Below are positions 1-18,458 of a stretch of 64,000 nt of DNA, one piece after another. Below the pieces are notes generated by a model. It saw nothing but the letters and a program-made list of their open reading frames with translations, was not told the origin of the DNA and did not search any database. The stretch is from Piromyces finnis finn (Eukaryota > Fungi > Neocallimastigomycota): assembly GCA_002104945.1 (NCBI GenBank), contig MCFH01000004.1, positions 434,001 through 498,000 on the forward strand, written 5' to 3'. The stretch's first letter is position 1. Each line of letters opens with the position of its first letter. The translations under genes and the position numbers were made by a program.

Positions 1-1793
1 ATTTGATGATACATTGTGTTCACTTTCAGGTGCTTTAATATCATTATTTTTCTTATGGGATATAATTTTTATTATTGGTTGATTAAGCTTTTCCATAATA
101 TCATTATTATTTTCCTATTATTAATAATATTAATGTATTAGTCTATTAAAATTATATAACCTTATATATATAATATTTAATATTAAACAATAATAATTAC
201 ATATTTATTTATTGATAAAACATTATTTTTTGAATCTTCTTCATATTTATGCTTTTCTTTTAAATTATTATTATTATTATTATGTTCACTTTTATTTTTA
301 TTATTATTATCTTCATCTGTATTTTTCAATTTACTATCTGAAAATGTTGTATTTGTTAATGAGCTTTCAAATGATATTATACTTGAGTCCTCATCTGTAT
401 CATTATATTCATTGTTATTACTTTCTTCATTTTCATCATCCTTACTTTCTAATTCTTGTAAAAGCAACTCTTCAGATGCCTTAATTATATTATTATTAAT
501 AAATTAATAATTAAATTTATTGAAATATTTAACATATCTTAACTATCTATTTTTTCATATATATTTATATTATTATTACATCAAATAATAAAGATGAATT
601 AACTTCTTTTTTAACGTTTTCTGTAATTAAATTTTTATAATCAGACGGTATTTTTCCAAATGTATCAACCTTTCTGGTAAAACTACCATTTTCTAATAAT
701 AAATTAACTATTGCATCTTGTTTATGTATATAGGCAAGATGTAAGGGTATTCTATGATATTTAGAAAATAATATTATTATAATTAAAAAATGCTTTTACG
801 TTTTAATAAATTAATATAAAAACTTACTGATCATTTGTGTCAACGATATTAACATTAATTTTTGCATTAATTAATTCTTTTGACATTTCTAATCGTTTTA
901 ATAGAATTGTATGGTGTAAATAAGAATATCCAGACTAATAATTTTATCATAAAATATATTTAATAGGTTAATTTATTATATATTCATATATATAATACAT
1001 TTATTGAAATATTTATCAATTATTACTTTATCTATAAAATTTAAATTTGGTTTTCTTTCTAATATTAAACTAAATGATTCCTTATCATTATTTAAAATTG
1101 TATAATGAAGAGCAGTACATCCAATATTATCTGTACAATTTATGGATGATCTATGATTTAATAATGTTTGGATAATTTGACTATTGCCCATCATAGAAGC
1201 CTAAATTTAATATATATATAAATATTAATACTGTTTTTAAACACATTTATTTGACTAAATATTTTCTAAAGTAATTTAATTATATATATTCAAAAAAAAA
1301 TATTTATTTACAATAATCAATGCAGTTTTATTATCTGAATCAACTTCATCTATATTCAAATTTTTCACTGTCAATATTTGATTTGTTAATGCTACATCGT
1401 TTAAGTATACAGATAAATGTAATGGTGTATATTGTTTCATAGAATCCTTTTTATTAATATTGTTTTTCTTTGATTGAAGTAAAGTATCAATCTTTTCTCT
1501 ATTATCATCTAAAATTGCAATATGAAGAGCATTTTCAAATATTAAATCATTTAAATTAAATGCATGAACATCACTAACACTTAATTGATCGAAAAGTTTC
1601 AATTGAGATGATTCATCCTTATAATTAATAAAATATATAGTATTGTATAAAAAATTGTAAATATATGTATATATTAATAATAATAATAATAATAAATATT
1701 TGGTTATTATTTTGTTAATAATACATTTTTATTCTTTTCTATTTCTTCATCATTTGTATTTTTTTTCCCAAAATGAAATCCAAATTTCAACAT
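1..1793 (-). CDS. Ankyrin-repeat protein, multi-exon, 3' end runs off the window
   Basis: ATG at 1793 (MLKFGFHFGKK). GT-AG spliced exons join ORFs 1276..1602 and 976..1194 and downstream pieces carrying ankyrin motifs (NALHIA, TPLHLSV, TALHYTI, YLHHTI, IPLHLA). An acidic low-complexity exon follows (183..467). Confidence 0.85.
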
Positions 1794-2614
1794 TTTTTAT
1801 ACTATATATAATTATAATTAACAATTTTATTATATTAAATTTTGTAATATAAAAAAATATAATAACAATAGTTATATGACATAAATCTGAAAATATAATT
1901 ATACAATGATAAAAAATAACATTAGAAATTATTTTTTAAAAGATAAAAACTAAAAAAAATAAAAAATATTAAATTTGTATAATATTTTTTTCTTTTTCCT
2001 TTAAGAAAATTAAAATAATATATTATTCTATTAATTATATATATTTCAATTTATATATAACTATTGGGATTAAAAAAAAATTGTTTACTTTTTGTTTTAA
2101 TCATTTTTTTGAGAATAGAAGCTTATTGATATTAAAGTTTTAAATAATGATAATTAATTAAAAATAAATACTTAGAGTAATTATTAAAGTTTGATTTTTA
2201 TATTTGATTTTTATTGGATATAATTTTTTAAAATATATATTACATCTACAAAACTTTAAAACTTTTATTAATCAGCATTTCAATAAATGTTAAGATTTTA
2301 TTTAGAATTTCAATAGTAAAAATATTTTAAGTTTTAATAATTAAAACTATTTTTTAAATTTATATTATAATTTGAATTTTTATATTAGTATTCAATAATA
2401 ACAATGGAAAAAGCGTAGTATTTTTTTATTTTACTTATTAAATTTTTTTATTTTTTTTTTTTAAGTTATATTATCTACTTAACCTTTTTTTAATGCTATT
2501 AAATTATTAGTATTCTAAATTATTAAAACAAAATATAGACGATAAAATATAAATTATATAATCTATAAAATAATATATAATATTTTTATAATTTAAAAAA
2601 TTAATATACTAAGG

Positions 2615-5600
2615 ATGTTGAAAAATAATAATATACAGTCAGAATCCTCAGAAATAAATATTAATAATAATGATTCTGAAATGAAAAAAGAAAAAAATAC
2701 ATCATCTAGTAAAATAAAAACATTAACACTTGACGATGAAGATGATGATGATAACGATAATAATAAAAATAATGACGAGAATATTAATGAAGAACAAAGC
2801 AATGATAATAATGATAATAGCTCTACTCATAATGATGATATCAAAGATAATGTAAGAATTAGTGACAATAATGAAGAAGAAACTTCAACAATTAAAATTT
2901 TTTCTAGAATTAGACCAGTTAAATATAAAGTACCAAATCGATATTGGATTACAAAACCAGAAGAAGATGTCTTAAATAATGAAAATCCCCTACCAAAAAT
3001 TGGGTTTTTGATTCCACGAAGTGAATCTCAAGGTTTAATTAATAATCAAAAAGAAAAACATGAATTTAAATTTGACAAAGTCTTTGATAAAGATACCAAA
3101 CAAGAAGAAATATTTGATGTAGTAGCAAAAGATGTAGTACTTAGGTATATTATAAGTACAAAAATATTTTCATAAAAAATAATTTATATTATATCATATA
3201 AAAATCATTTAATAATTCTATAAATAAAAAAAATATTAAAGTGTTCTTGATGGATATAATGGAACAATTTTTGCATATGGACAAGTAATTATAAAAATAG
3301 TTATATAATATATATATATGTGTGTGTGTATATATGTGTGTTATAATAATAAAATAATTATAATATAAATCATAATTAGACTGGTTCTGGTAAGACATTT
3401 ACAATTACTGGTGGTGCAGAAAGATATGAAGATAGAGGTCTTATACCTAGAAGTTTGCAATTTATATTTAAAGAAATTCAAAAGGTAGTGTAATAAATAA
3501 TAATAAATAAGTATATGCCAGTATAGCAATATTTATGGATAGTAATCATATTATATATACTTTCAACTTGAAAAAATATAACAAATCAATGTTTTAATAT
3601 TATTTATATATATATAATATATTTTTTATAAATCTATAATAAAAATTTTTTAGCGAACAGACTGTGAATATTCTATTAATATCTCATACTTGGAAATATA
3701 TAATGAAAGTGGATATGATTTATTGGATTCATCAAGAGAAGCAAAAAAACTAGAAGATTTACCGTAAAAATAAAATTTTATTTTCTTATAATATTATATT
3801 AATTTTATTAAAAAAAATTTTTTTTAATATAAATATATATTACAAATAGAAAAGTGTCATTAATGGAAGATGAAGATAATAAAATACATATTAGAAATTT
3901 AGCCTCTATACCAGCAGTAAACGAAGAAGAAGCATTAAATTTATTATTTATTGGTGATACAAATAGAGTTATTTCAGAAACTCCTTCTAATCCTGAATCA
4001 TCCCGTAGTCATTGTATATTTATTGTTACAGTTGTATGTAAACGTCATGGACATGATGCAATTAGAAAAAGTAAATTACATTTAGTAGATCTTGCTGGGT
4101 TTGTATTTAGTATCTAAAATGAAAAATATATTTTATTCGCTATTTCAATTATTAACTAAATATTAATATTAATTTAAATACTAAAATATATTAGTTCTGA
4201 ACGTGTTGCAAAAACTCAAATTGGTGGAACATTATTAAAAGAAGCGAAATATATTAATTTATCACTACATTATTTGGAACAAGTAATTATTGCATTACAT
4301 GAAAAGTCTTTAGGAAAAAGACAACATATACCTTATAGAAATTCAATGATGACCAGTGTATTAAGAGATTCACTTGGTGGTAACTGTAAAACAACTATGA
4401 TTGCAACTATTGCAGTAGAACCTGAATTAATTGAAGTAAAATTAAAATATTATTTAATAAAATAAAATAAGTATATAATTGTAATAAACTTATTGGATAT
4501 TATTATAACTTAGGAATCAATATCAACATGCAGATTTGCACAAAGAGTATCACTTATCTCCAATAAGGCAAAACTTAACGAAGAAATTGACCCACAATTA
4601 GTAATTGAACGATTAAAACGTGAAATTGCTCGACTTAAAACAGAATTGGCAATAGCAAGAGGTGATGGTGAAGATTCAAATGAAGAACTTCCTCAGTATG
4701 AAAAAGAAAGGTGATAAGTCATGAAAATATTAAAAATACTTTCAAATTAACAATTATTACTAAATTAATAATATAATATATAATAGGGTTCAGCAAGATG
4801 TTCAGAATTATTTATCATCTGATTTAGTATCAAACGAATTATTATACAACGATTACAGAAAAATTAGATATGCCTTTTCAATTATGAAAGTTTGTTATTG
4901 CAATTAAAATAAAATTAAAGCAATGTATATTAATTATAAATTAATTATAAAATATTAATTTAAAAAAATATTTTTAGAATATTATTAATGAAAAAGGTGT
5001 AAATGAATCCCAAAGTAAATCAAATAATATTGACGATGAAAAGAACATTATTGAAGTTAACAATGAAAATGTAACAGTGGCGATTAATAATAATATATCA
5101 AACAGTAAACTAGAAAGTAAAAATATTGAAATAAATAAAGCATGTGAAAGATTAAAGAAATTAATTGCCCATAGAGATAATGAAATAAGTAAGTAGAAGA
5201 TATTTTTTTTAAATTTCACATAAAAACACTATTATAACTTTAGAATATACTGATATACTGATATACTACATTCGTATACTTTATTTATAATTGAAGATAT
5301 ATTAATTGGAATGGTTAATGAATATAAAAAAAAAGTTGGAGAATCAAATATTTCCTTGAATGAAATAAGAGCTGTAATTTTCTAATATATGCATACATAT
5401 ATACATAATTTCAATTTATATAGATATTTTTATTTAATATTAATTTTACAATATTAACAATATTTTATATTAGAAATCTAAATCTTCTACAACAACATTA
5501 TCTTCGGAAATATATTTAAGTTTAAAAAATAAAAAAAATAATGAAAATAATTATAATGATGAACATGAAGAAATAAAAGGAAAACCTAATGCTAAGAATA

Positions 5601-6956
5601 TTAGTAGCTCCCCAGACAGTATTATAGATAATAATGATGATACTAATGATAAAAACAATAAAAAGATATCAATAATTCTATCACCCGAAGAAAAGATTAA
5701 AGCATATAATATATTTATACAAACTTATGAACCTCAAAAATGGATTGATAAACAAAAATTACTATTAAAAGCTAAATACATTGAAGCTAAACAACTTGGT
5801 GAAACAGCTAATAATTACAGAAATATCATCAGTAGGTTTATCTTTAAATATTATAATACATTTCATATAAACTAATAATTTAATATATAATAATATATTT
5901 ATATAAATTATATTAGAATCGTTAAAATCAAAATTAGTTAATGGGGTGGATACATTAACACCTGAAGAGAAAACTAAAATTGGTAGTAATGCATCAGAAT
6001 ATGCATCAAAGTAATTATCTTTTCAGATTTTTGAAAATTATAAAATATTAATTATATGTGAAACCTAATATATAAATTCATAATTCTATCATATTTTTTT
6101 AGATATCAAAAATCATATTGCCACTTAAAAGAAATGAAAATAGAAATAGAACATATACAACATCTACTTGAAAAGGCAAGATTTAAATTAACAAAAGATT
6201 TCGAATTTTGGATACTAAATAAATATACAACTGATAGTAGAATATTTAACACACCAAATAAATGTAATTATAACTATTTTTATTATAATAAGCTTTATCT
6301 TAATATAGACGCACTATTAATAGTATAATTTAAAACAATTAGTGGAAACAAATATTGAAAAGAATGAAAATCATAGTACAGAAAATAATTCCGTCAGTAG
6401 AATTAATCAAGAAAAAGGAAACAAGATTAGATCTAGAGAGCCATCAACAGAATATTCATTAAGGTCAGCTAAAGCCCTTTCAGAAAGATCTGCAGCTACC
6501 TCAGAATCTACATTATATAATCCAAGTATTTCATCTATTAATGATGAAAGCCAACAAACTTCAGAAAAGCATCATAGAAATAATCATCATAGGTCACCTT
6601 CTTCACTATCATCACATTCTTCAAAAAATAATAATGATTATAATAATAATAGATATTCATCAAGAAATAATATATCTAGACCATCATCATCAGTTTCACA
6701 ATCAAAAGTTACTAAATACCCCACATCTTCTAAAAGTGTACATAATCAAATTTTGAAACCTAATCCTTTAGCAAATTCTGTAGATCCAAAAATAATTCAA
6801 TATAATTCAAATTTAAAAGATTATAATAAATTATTAACAACTTCTCAATATGATAATATTGAAAGAAAGCAAAAAAGCATTTCAAGCTTTAGCAGTTCCA
6901 TAAAAAATGATATTGATATTTTCATGAAAACAAAAAATAATATAGAAAAAAAATAA
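2615..6956 (+). CDS. KIF6: Kinesin-9 family motor (KIF6-like), multi-exon
   Basis: Motor motifs recovered across GT-AG introns: [24 protein letters not shown]|TGSGKT (P-loop split by intron 3285-3379), [17 protein letters not shown] (switch I), LVDLAGSER (switch II), [23 protein letters not shown]. Coiled-coil exons and a Ser-rich tail follow, ending at TAA 6956. Confidence 0.9.
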
Positions 6957-7856
6957 TGAACTAAATTTATTATAATTAAATCACACTATTTTTTAAAGCT
7001 AACCTTCATTTAAATTTATGCATATATTATACCCAAAAATAATAAAAAAAATTATAATATTATAATAAAATGGGAAAATAATAATTATGCTGTATTTTTT
7101 ATATATCTTTTATTCTAATATCAATATCTCATATATTATCATTTATTATACTTAAAAAATAACAAAATATAGTTTTCATCATAAATTATCTTAAAAATTT
7201 TTCTTAAATTTTATTATTTAATAAATTTTGAAAAACCCTTAAAATCTTCAATAAATTTTTTTAAATTTAATATTAAATATACTTCCCAAATTTTATTAAA
7301 CTTTTTTTTGTTAAACGTTTTGTTTGTAGTTACTTTAAAATTTTCCGAGAACCATTTGAAATAAAATTTAAGAAAAGTATTAATTATAATAAAAATAAAT
7401 ACAATAAATATTGTTATCTGTTACTATAATTTATTTATTTATTCACTTGTATTATTAATTATCAGTAATATTACAATAAAGTTTAAATTTTAGTGTATAT
7501 AACAAAAAATTGATTACTTTTATATTTTTAATAACTTTAATTAAATAATATTTTTCAGTTAAAAAAAATATTTGAAAATTTACTTCTATTTTACTATAAT
7601 TTTAAAAAAAAATGATTTAATAATAAATCAAAACCAATTTATAACAATAAAACAACATTTTTTTATATATCTAATTAATAAATTCATGAATATATTTCGA
7701 GAATCAATATTAATTATTATATATAATTCATTGATTTAATAAATTTTAAATTAATAAATTCTTGATTATTTTTCTTTCTATTAACCAAAAAATAAAAATA
7801 AAAAAAAATAAGATATAAAATTTACATTAGGATAACATCTTTTATTATAGAATATA

Positions 7857-10800
7857 ATGAGAGAGATTGTTTCAATTCAAGCAGGACAATGTGGCAATCA
7901 AATTGGTTCAAGATTTTGGGAAACAATTAATGAAGAACATGGAATTGATGAAATTGGAAGATATATTGGAAATAATAAATATCAGCTAGAAAGAATAAAT
8001 GTTTATTATAATGAAACACAACAAAATAGATACGTACCAAGGTATTATATGATTTACTCTCATATTTTATCAGAAATTATTCATTAACTTAAAAATATTT
8101 TTATTATAAATAAATCAATAAAATATTAAATAGATCTATTATGATTGATCTCGAACCTGGTATATATACATATATATATTTTATATTATATAAACGTAAT
8201 AAAATAAGATTAATTTTTATTTTAATTATTAATAAGGTGCCCTTGACTCTATTAAAAGTGGTCCAATGGGAAAATTATTCCACCCAGAAAATTTTATTAA
8301 TGGTAATAAATGTTTTTTTTTATTATTAAATAATAAAAAAAATATACATATATTTATTTATATATCAATATAATTATAGGTAGTACTGGTGCAGGTAATA
8401 ACTGGGCAAAAGGTTATTATTCAGAAGGTGCTGAATTGATAGATCAAATTATCGATGCTATTAGAAAAGAAGCTGAAAACTGTGAATGTTTACAAGGTTT
8501 TCAATTAACACATTCAATAGGTATATTTAAAAAGGATTTATAATATATTTAGAAACAAATTATATAAAATTATATGATTTATTCAATAACAAACACCTAT
8601 TTATATGCATTAATAAACATGAAAAAAGGTGGTGGTACAGGTTCAGGTCTTGGAACTTTATTATTATCTAAAATTAGAGAAGAATTTCCAGACAGAATGA
8701 TATGTACATATAGTATTATCCCATCACCCAAAGTTAGTAATACAGTTGTAGAACCATATAATGCAATTTTAAGTACTCAACAACTTACAGAGTTCTCTGA
8801 TGAAACATTCTGTATTGATAATGAAGCATTATATGACATATGTCTAAGAACTTTACAATTCAAAAATCCATCCTACCAACATCTTAACTATTTAATTTCA
8901 GTTGTTATGTCTGGTATTACAACATCATTAAGATATCCTGGACAATTAAATTCCGATCTAAGGAAATTAGCTGTAAATATGGTTCCTTTCCCAAGACTAC
9001 ATTTTTTCACTCTTGGTCAAGCACCACTTTATCCTGAAAACTCAGTAGATTATTCCAAACTTAGTATTCAAGAATTAACTAATCAAATGTTTAATACAAA
9101 AAATTTAATGACTGCTTATAATCCAATGCATGGCCGTTATATGACTTCAGCATGCATATTCAGAGGAGATACACTATCTACTCAAGAAATTGAACAGCAT
9201 ATAAAAGAAACACAAGAAAAGAATAGTCCATATTTCGTAGAATGGATTCCTAATAATATCAAAATTAGTCTTTGTGACATTCCATCCAAATCATACAATC
9301 TTTCTAGTACATTTATTGGTAATACTACAGCTATCCAAGAGCCATTTAAAAGAATTGAAGAACAATTCTGTGCTATGATTCGTAAAAAAGCCTTTTTACA
9401 TTGGTACACTGGAGAAGGATTGGATGAAATGGAATTTACAGAAGCTCATAATAATGTTACTGATTTAATTAGTGAGTATCAACAATACCAGGATATACCT
9501 ATTGAATTCGATTTCCAAGAAGCTCATGAATTATTCGATGCAGAAGAATTAAGTGAATATGACGCACATGTCTATGGACGGAAATTAAGTACAGCTATTA
9601 GTATGAAAAAGAACTCAATAGTATCTAATTATAGTAATAACAATAATAATTCTATGCAACGAACATTTAGTATTGGAAATAGAAGTAGCATTAATATTAA
9701 TAATTATAATAATAATATTAATAATAATACATATGGAAATTATACTTCTCAAAGAAGAGGTTCAATACTTAAAAATTCAAGTAACTATAATCCAGATATG
9801 AATAATCATAATCCAAAAAGAGTATCTATTAGTTTTAATCGTCCATATCAGTCATCTAATGCAAATGAAAATAATAATAATAGTAATATAAATAGTGATT
9901 TACCTCCAAGAGTTCCTTTATCAACATACTCGGGTGTAATAAAAAAATCATCGAATAATAGTAGTAGAAGTGGAAGTGGAAGTATCAACAATAGCATCAA
10001 TAATATAAGTAATAATAACACTGGTGTTAATAATAGAAATAATTATATAAATGGTAATAATAGTAATATGAGTAGTAATAACAATATTGGAAGTAATAAT
10101 AATATAAATAATGGTAATAATAATAATATTGGAAGTAGCAATAATATAAATAATGGTAATAATAACAATATTGGAAGTAACAATAATATAAATAATGGTA
10201 ATAATAACAATATTGGAAGTAACAATAATATAAATAATTGTAATAACAATAATACTGGTAGTAATAATAGTATCAACTCTAATAGAATTGCCGATTTTCA
10301 AGTTGTGGGTAGTCAAACAATATTCAATAATGGAAATGATCTTAATAGTTATTCAATAAATAATAATTTAAACTGTGAAAATAATAGTAATAATAATAAT
10401 AGTAATAATAATCTTGAGCAAAGAATGATGTACTCTCCAGCAAGAAAGTCACATTCTAATAGTATAACAAGTTTATATAGCAATGAAAATGTCAATATGC
10501 AAAATCAAAACATAATAAGAAGTAATAACAATAGTCAACAAAATTCAATGAATAATTTGAATAGAAGTATTTCTATACCACAACAACAATCTAATGTAAT
10601 GCAAAGCACTATAAAATCACAATCCTCTGGAAGTGAATCTGAAGTCTATGACCGTGGATCATCCCAATCTTCTAATTCTAATCTCTCTACCATTTCGTTA
10701 AAGGCAAGAAAGGGATCTATCTTCCCAACTCAATTATTAGCTCAGAGATTGAATAAAAGCATTAATAATGCCAGACCACCATTACCTAATTTTAATGCAA

Positions 10801-11672
10801 GACCAAATATTGGTATTCAAAATGACTTTATTGAAGAAGATAATGAATATGATGATAGTAACAGTTCATTTAATAATGACAAAAATAACTTTAATTCAAA
10901 CTATAATTCATATAATAATGATAGTGATAACCAAGATATCTATCCTAATAAGAATGAATTTAATTCAACGCAAAATATTTATACTAACAATAATAATAAT
11001 CTTAATACAATATATGAACAATCCGATATTAATAGTAATTCCAGATTAAGTTCAAATAATTCATTTGAAAAAAATATCAATAATAATAATAATAGTTTCT
11101 CAAATAATAATTTAGACCAAAATAGATCAAGTAATTCAAACAATAATATAGCAAATAATAATATTAATAGAAGCATACCTCAATTCACAAGAAATAACTC
11201 GGGAAGTCAAAGTAATAGTATTAATAATAGCAACAACAACATTCAACAAATCTCACGTAATAGCTCTGGTTCTGGTTCAATAAATAAAGTAAATAATAAT
11301 AACGGAATATATAATACATCTAATAATAATATTAATAATTTAGAAAATCAACAAAATAGCAATAACTCAATGAATAATTTGGATCGTGATGCTTGTATTG
11401 ATAATAATGATTTAACTAACGATCTGTCATATCAAATGAAAAATATATATATGAATGATGACAGACAAGCATCATTATTATATAAGGAAAACAATAATAT
11501 TTCAAATAGTAACAATAATATAAATAATCAGCAAAACCAATATTTAGATAATAATGATAATTATAATCAATCAGTTCATTCATCATATAATTATATAAAC
11601 AATTCAATAAATAGGTTATTACATTCAAATAATTACAGTGGCTCAAATAGTAATACTGATCAGTCACAATCA

Positions 11673-11703
<31 letters not shown>

Positions 11704-13643
11704 GTGGTTCTAATATAAGCATGAGTAAATTTCAACACTATAATAATAGTAATAGTAATTCTAATATAAATATAAATCAACCTCAGCAACATAGTAATAG
11801 AAATAGTAGTTCCAATATGAATATGAATCAATCTCAACAATACAGTAATAGAAATAGTAATTCTAATGTAAATGTAAATCAACCTCAGCAACATAGCAAT
11901 AGAAGTAGTAGTTCCAATATGAATATGAATCAATCTCAACAATACAGTAATAGAAATAGTGGTTCTAATATGAATATGAGTCAGCCTCAACAACATAGTA
12001 ATAGAAATAGTGGTTCTGGTATGAATATGAGTCAACTTCAACAATATAATAATAGAAATAGTGGTTCTAATACAAATATAAGTCAATCTCAACAATATAA
12101 TAATAGAAATAGTGGAAATAGTGGTTCTAGCATGAATATGAGTCAATCTCAACAATATAGTAATAGAAATAGTGGTTCTAGCATGAATATGAATCAATCT
12201 CAACAATATAGTAATAGAAATAGTGGAAATAGTGGTTCTAGTATGAATATGAGTCAACTTCAACAATATGGTAATAGAAATAGTGGAAATAGTGGTTCTA
12301 GTATGAATATGAGTCAACTTCAACAATATGGTAATAGAAATAGTGGTTCTAGCATGAATATGAATCAATCTCAACAATATAGTAATAGAAATAGTGGAAA
12401 TAGTGGTTCTAGCATGAATATGAGTCAATCTCAACAATATAGTAATAGAAATAGTAGTTCTAGCATGAATATGAGTCAACCTCAACAATATAATAATAGA
12501 AATAGTGGTTCTAACATGAATATGAGTCAACCTCAACAATATAATAATATAGATAGTGGTTCTAATATAAATATAAGTCAACCTCAATTAAGTAATAGTA
12601 ACAGAAGTAGTCAATCCAATATAAGTAATTTACAATCATACAGTAACAGAAGCAGTCAATCTAATATGAATAACACACAATCATATAGTAATAAAAGTAG
12701 TAATTATGTAAATATGAGTCAACCACAGCTAAGCAACAGTAATAGAAGTAGTAATCCGAACATAAATTCACAATTAAACAATAGCAATAATAATATAAAC
12801 ACTAATCAATTACGTCAGTATAGTAACAGAAGTAGTAATTCAAGTATGAATATCAATCAATCACAACAACATAATAATGGAAGTAATAACTATAATTTGA
12901 ACATGAGTCAACCCCAATTAAGTAATAGCAATAATAGAATTAGTAATTCTAATATGAATCAGTTTCAACATAGTAATAGAAACAGTGGTTCAAGTTTAAG
13001 CATAAATCAACAATATAATGATAGAAATAGTGAATCCAATATGAATATGAATCATTCACAACAATATAATAATAAAAGTAGTAACTCAAATATATACAAT
13101 TCTCAAATTAGCAATAGTAGCAATAGAAATAGTATTTCTAATATGTCAGACGAATATTATAATAATATGTTAAATAATGGTTCTAGTAATAATATACCTT
13201 CATCTTCTCAACAATATAATTCTAATAATAGTATATCCAATCAACAATTAAATAATAATTATAATAATGATGTTCAACAACAGTACTACAATAGAGATGG
13301 TTCACATAGCTCAAATAATAGCAATAATAATTTATCAAATCAAATGAATAGTAGAAATAGTATTAATACATCTCACTATAATAATATAAATAATAATAGT
13401 AGTAGTGATTTATATGACTATCAATATAATACCAATAGAAATATTCAACAGCAAATGAATAATCGTATTCAAGCCCAAACGCCTCAATCACATCAATCCT
13501 TAAATGAAGATAGTTTCTATCAAATGAGTAGTCAAGAACAAATGTACCCAATTTCATTAAAAAATATGAATATGGTAAATAATAATGAATACAATAATCA
13601 ATTTAACCTAAATCAACAACCTAATAATAATAGAAACTATTAA
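7857..13643 (+). CDS. TUBB: Divergent beta-tubulin with a ~1,360-aa Asn/Ser/Gln-rich C-terminal extension (about 1,810 aa)
   Basis: Exons 7857-8041, 8134-8159, 8237-8302, 8380-8520 and 8629-13643 have GT-AG introns and total 5,433 nt, in frame. Motifs: MREI N-terminus, [57 protein letters not shown]. The acidic tail continues without a stop into low-complexity sequence. Confidence 0.93.
10083..10290 (+). repeat. Coding tandem repeat, about 5 x 42 nt (14-aa [14 protein letters not shown]), in the tubulin extension
   Basis: The motif aatattgg/aatactgg recurs at 10083, 10125, 10167, 10209 and 10251. Confidence 0.9.
11765..12600 (+). repeat. Coding tandem repeat, about 15 copies of a 17-aa unit ([17 protein letters not shown]; 20-aa variant with an extra GNS)
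   Basis: Visible in both the DNA (51-nt and 60-nt units) and the translation of ORF 8574..13643. Confidence 0.92.
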
Positions 13644-14327
13644 TTAGGCAGATATTTTCCCTTTTAATTTTATTACAATAAGCTTACATTTTTATTCAAT
13701 TCAATAACATGATTTTTATTTTTTTTTGCATTTTTTTCCAGATATTTTTAAAAATCATAGGTAACTTTTTTAAAATTCTATTTTTTTATTTTAATTACAT
13801 TTTTTATTTACAACCAAAGTTATTTTGTCATTATATTATAAGCTGCATTATTTTTAGTACACAACATCAACATTTTAATTTAGTACATTTGCAATCAATT
13901 TTTTATACAATATTTTCATTTTTAACAATATTCAGTTTTCTAACATTAAGATTTTGTAAATTGCAATCAATTTATTATATTATTTGTATTTGTCATAATA
14001 TTTAATGAAATAAATAAATATGTATGTTATTTATTAATAAATATATAGTTAAATATTTAAATATAAATATATAGATATGCAATATTGAAATAAATAATAA
14101 CAAAACAATAAAAACACATAAAAAAATAAAAAGACTTTTATTGTTTTTTCTATTATAATATAAATATTAAAAAAATAAATCATTTCTATTTATATATATA
14201 TAGAAGATTTTTATTTGGATAAATCTAATATGTAATATTAATTAATAGATAGAAATTTTATTATATCAAATAAAAAAATATCTAATTTTATTTTATTAAA
14301 TGATAGTATAGTGTATAAATAGTATTC

Positions 14328-18458
<4,131 letters not shown>

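Noticed and set aside
1794-2614. RFX X-box motifs in promoters of the ciliary genes (also 7000-7856 and 18459-19286)
   Set aside because: No convincing GTTNCC-N-GGNAAC palindrome was seen, only half-site-like matches expected by chance.
9182-12587. Minus-strand ORFs 9182..9409, 9948..10316, 10043..10276 and 11670..12587
   Set aside because: They are antisense shadows of the tubulin gene and its coding repeats, with Ile/Thr/Leu-only composition.
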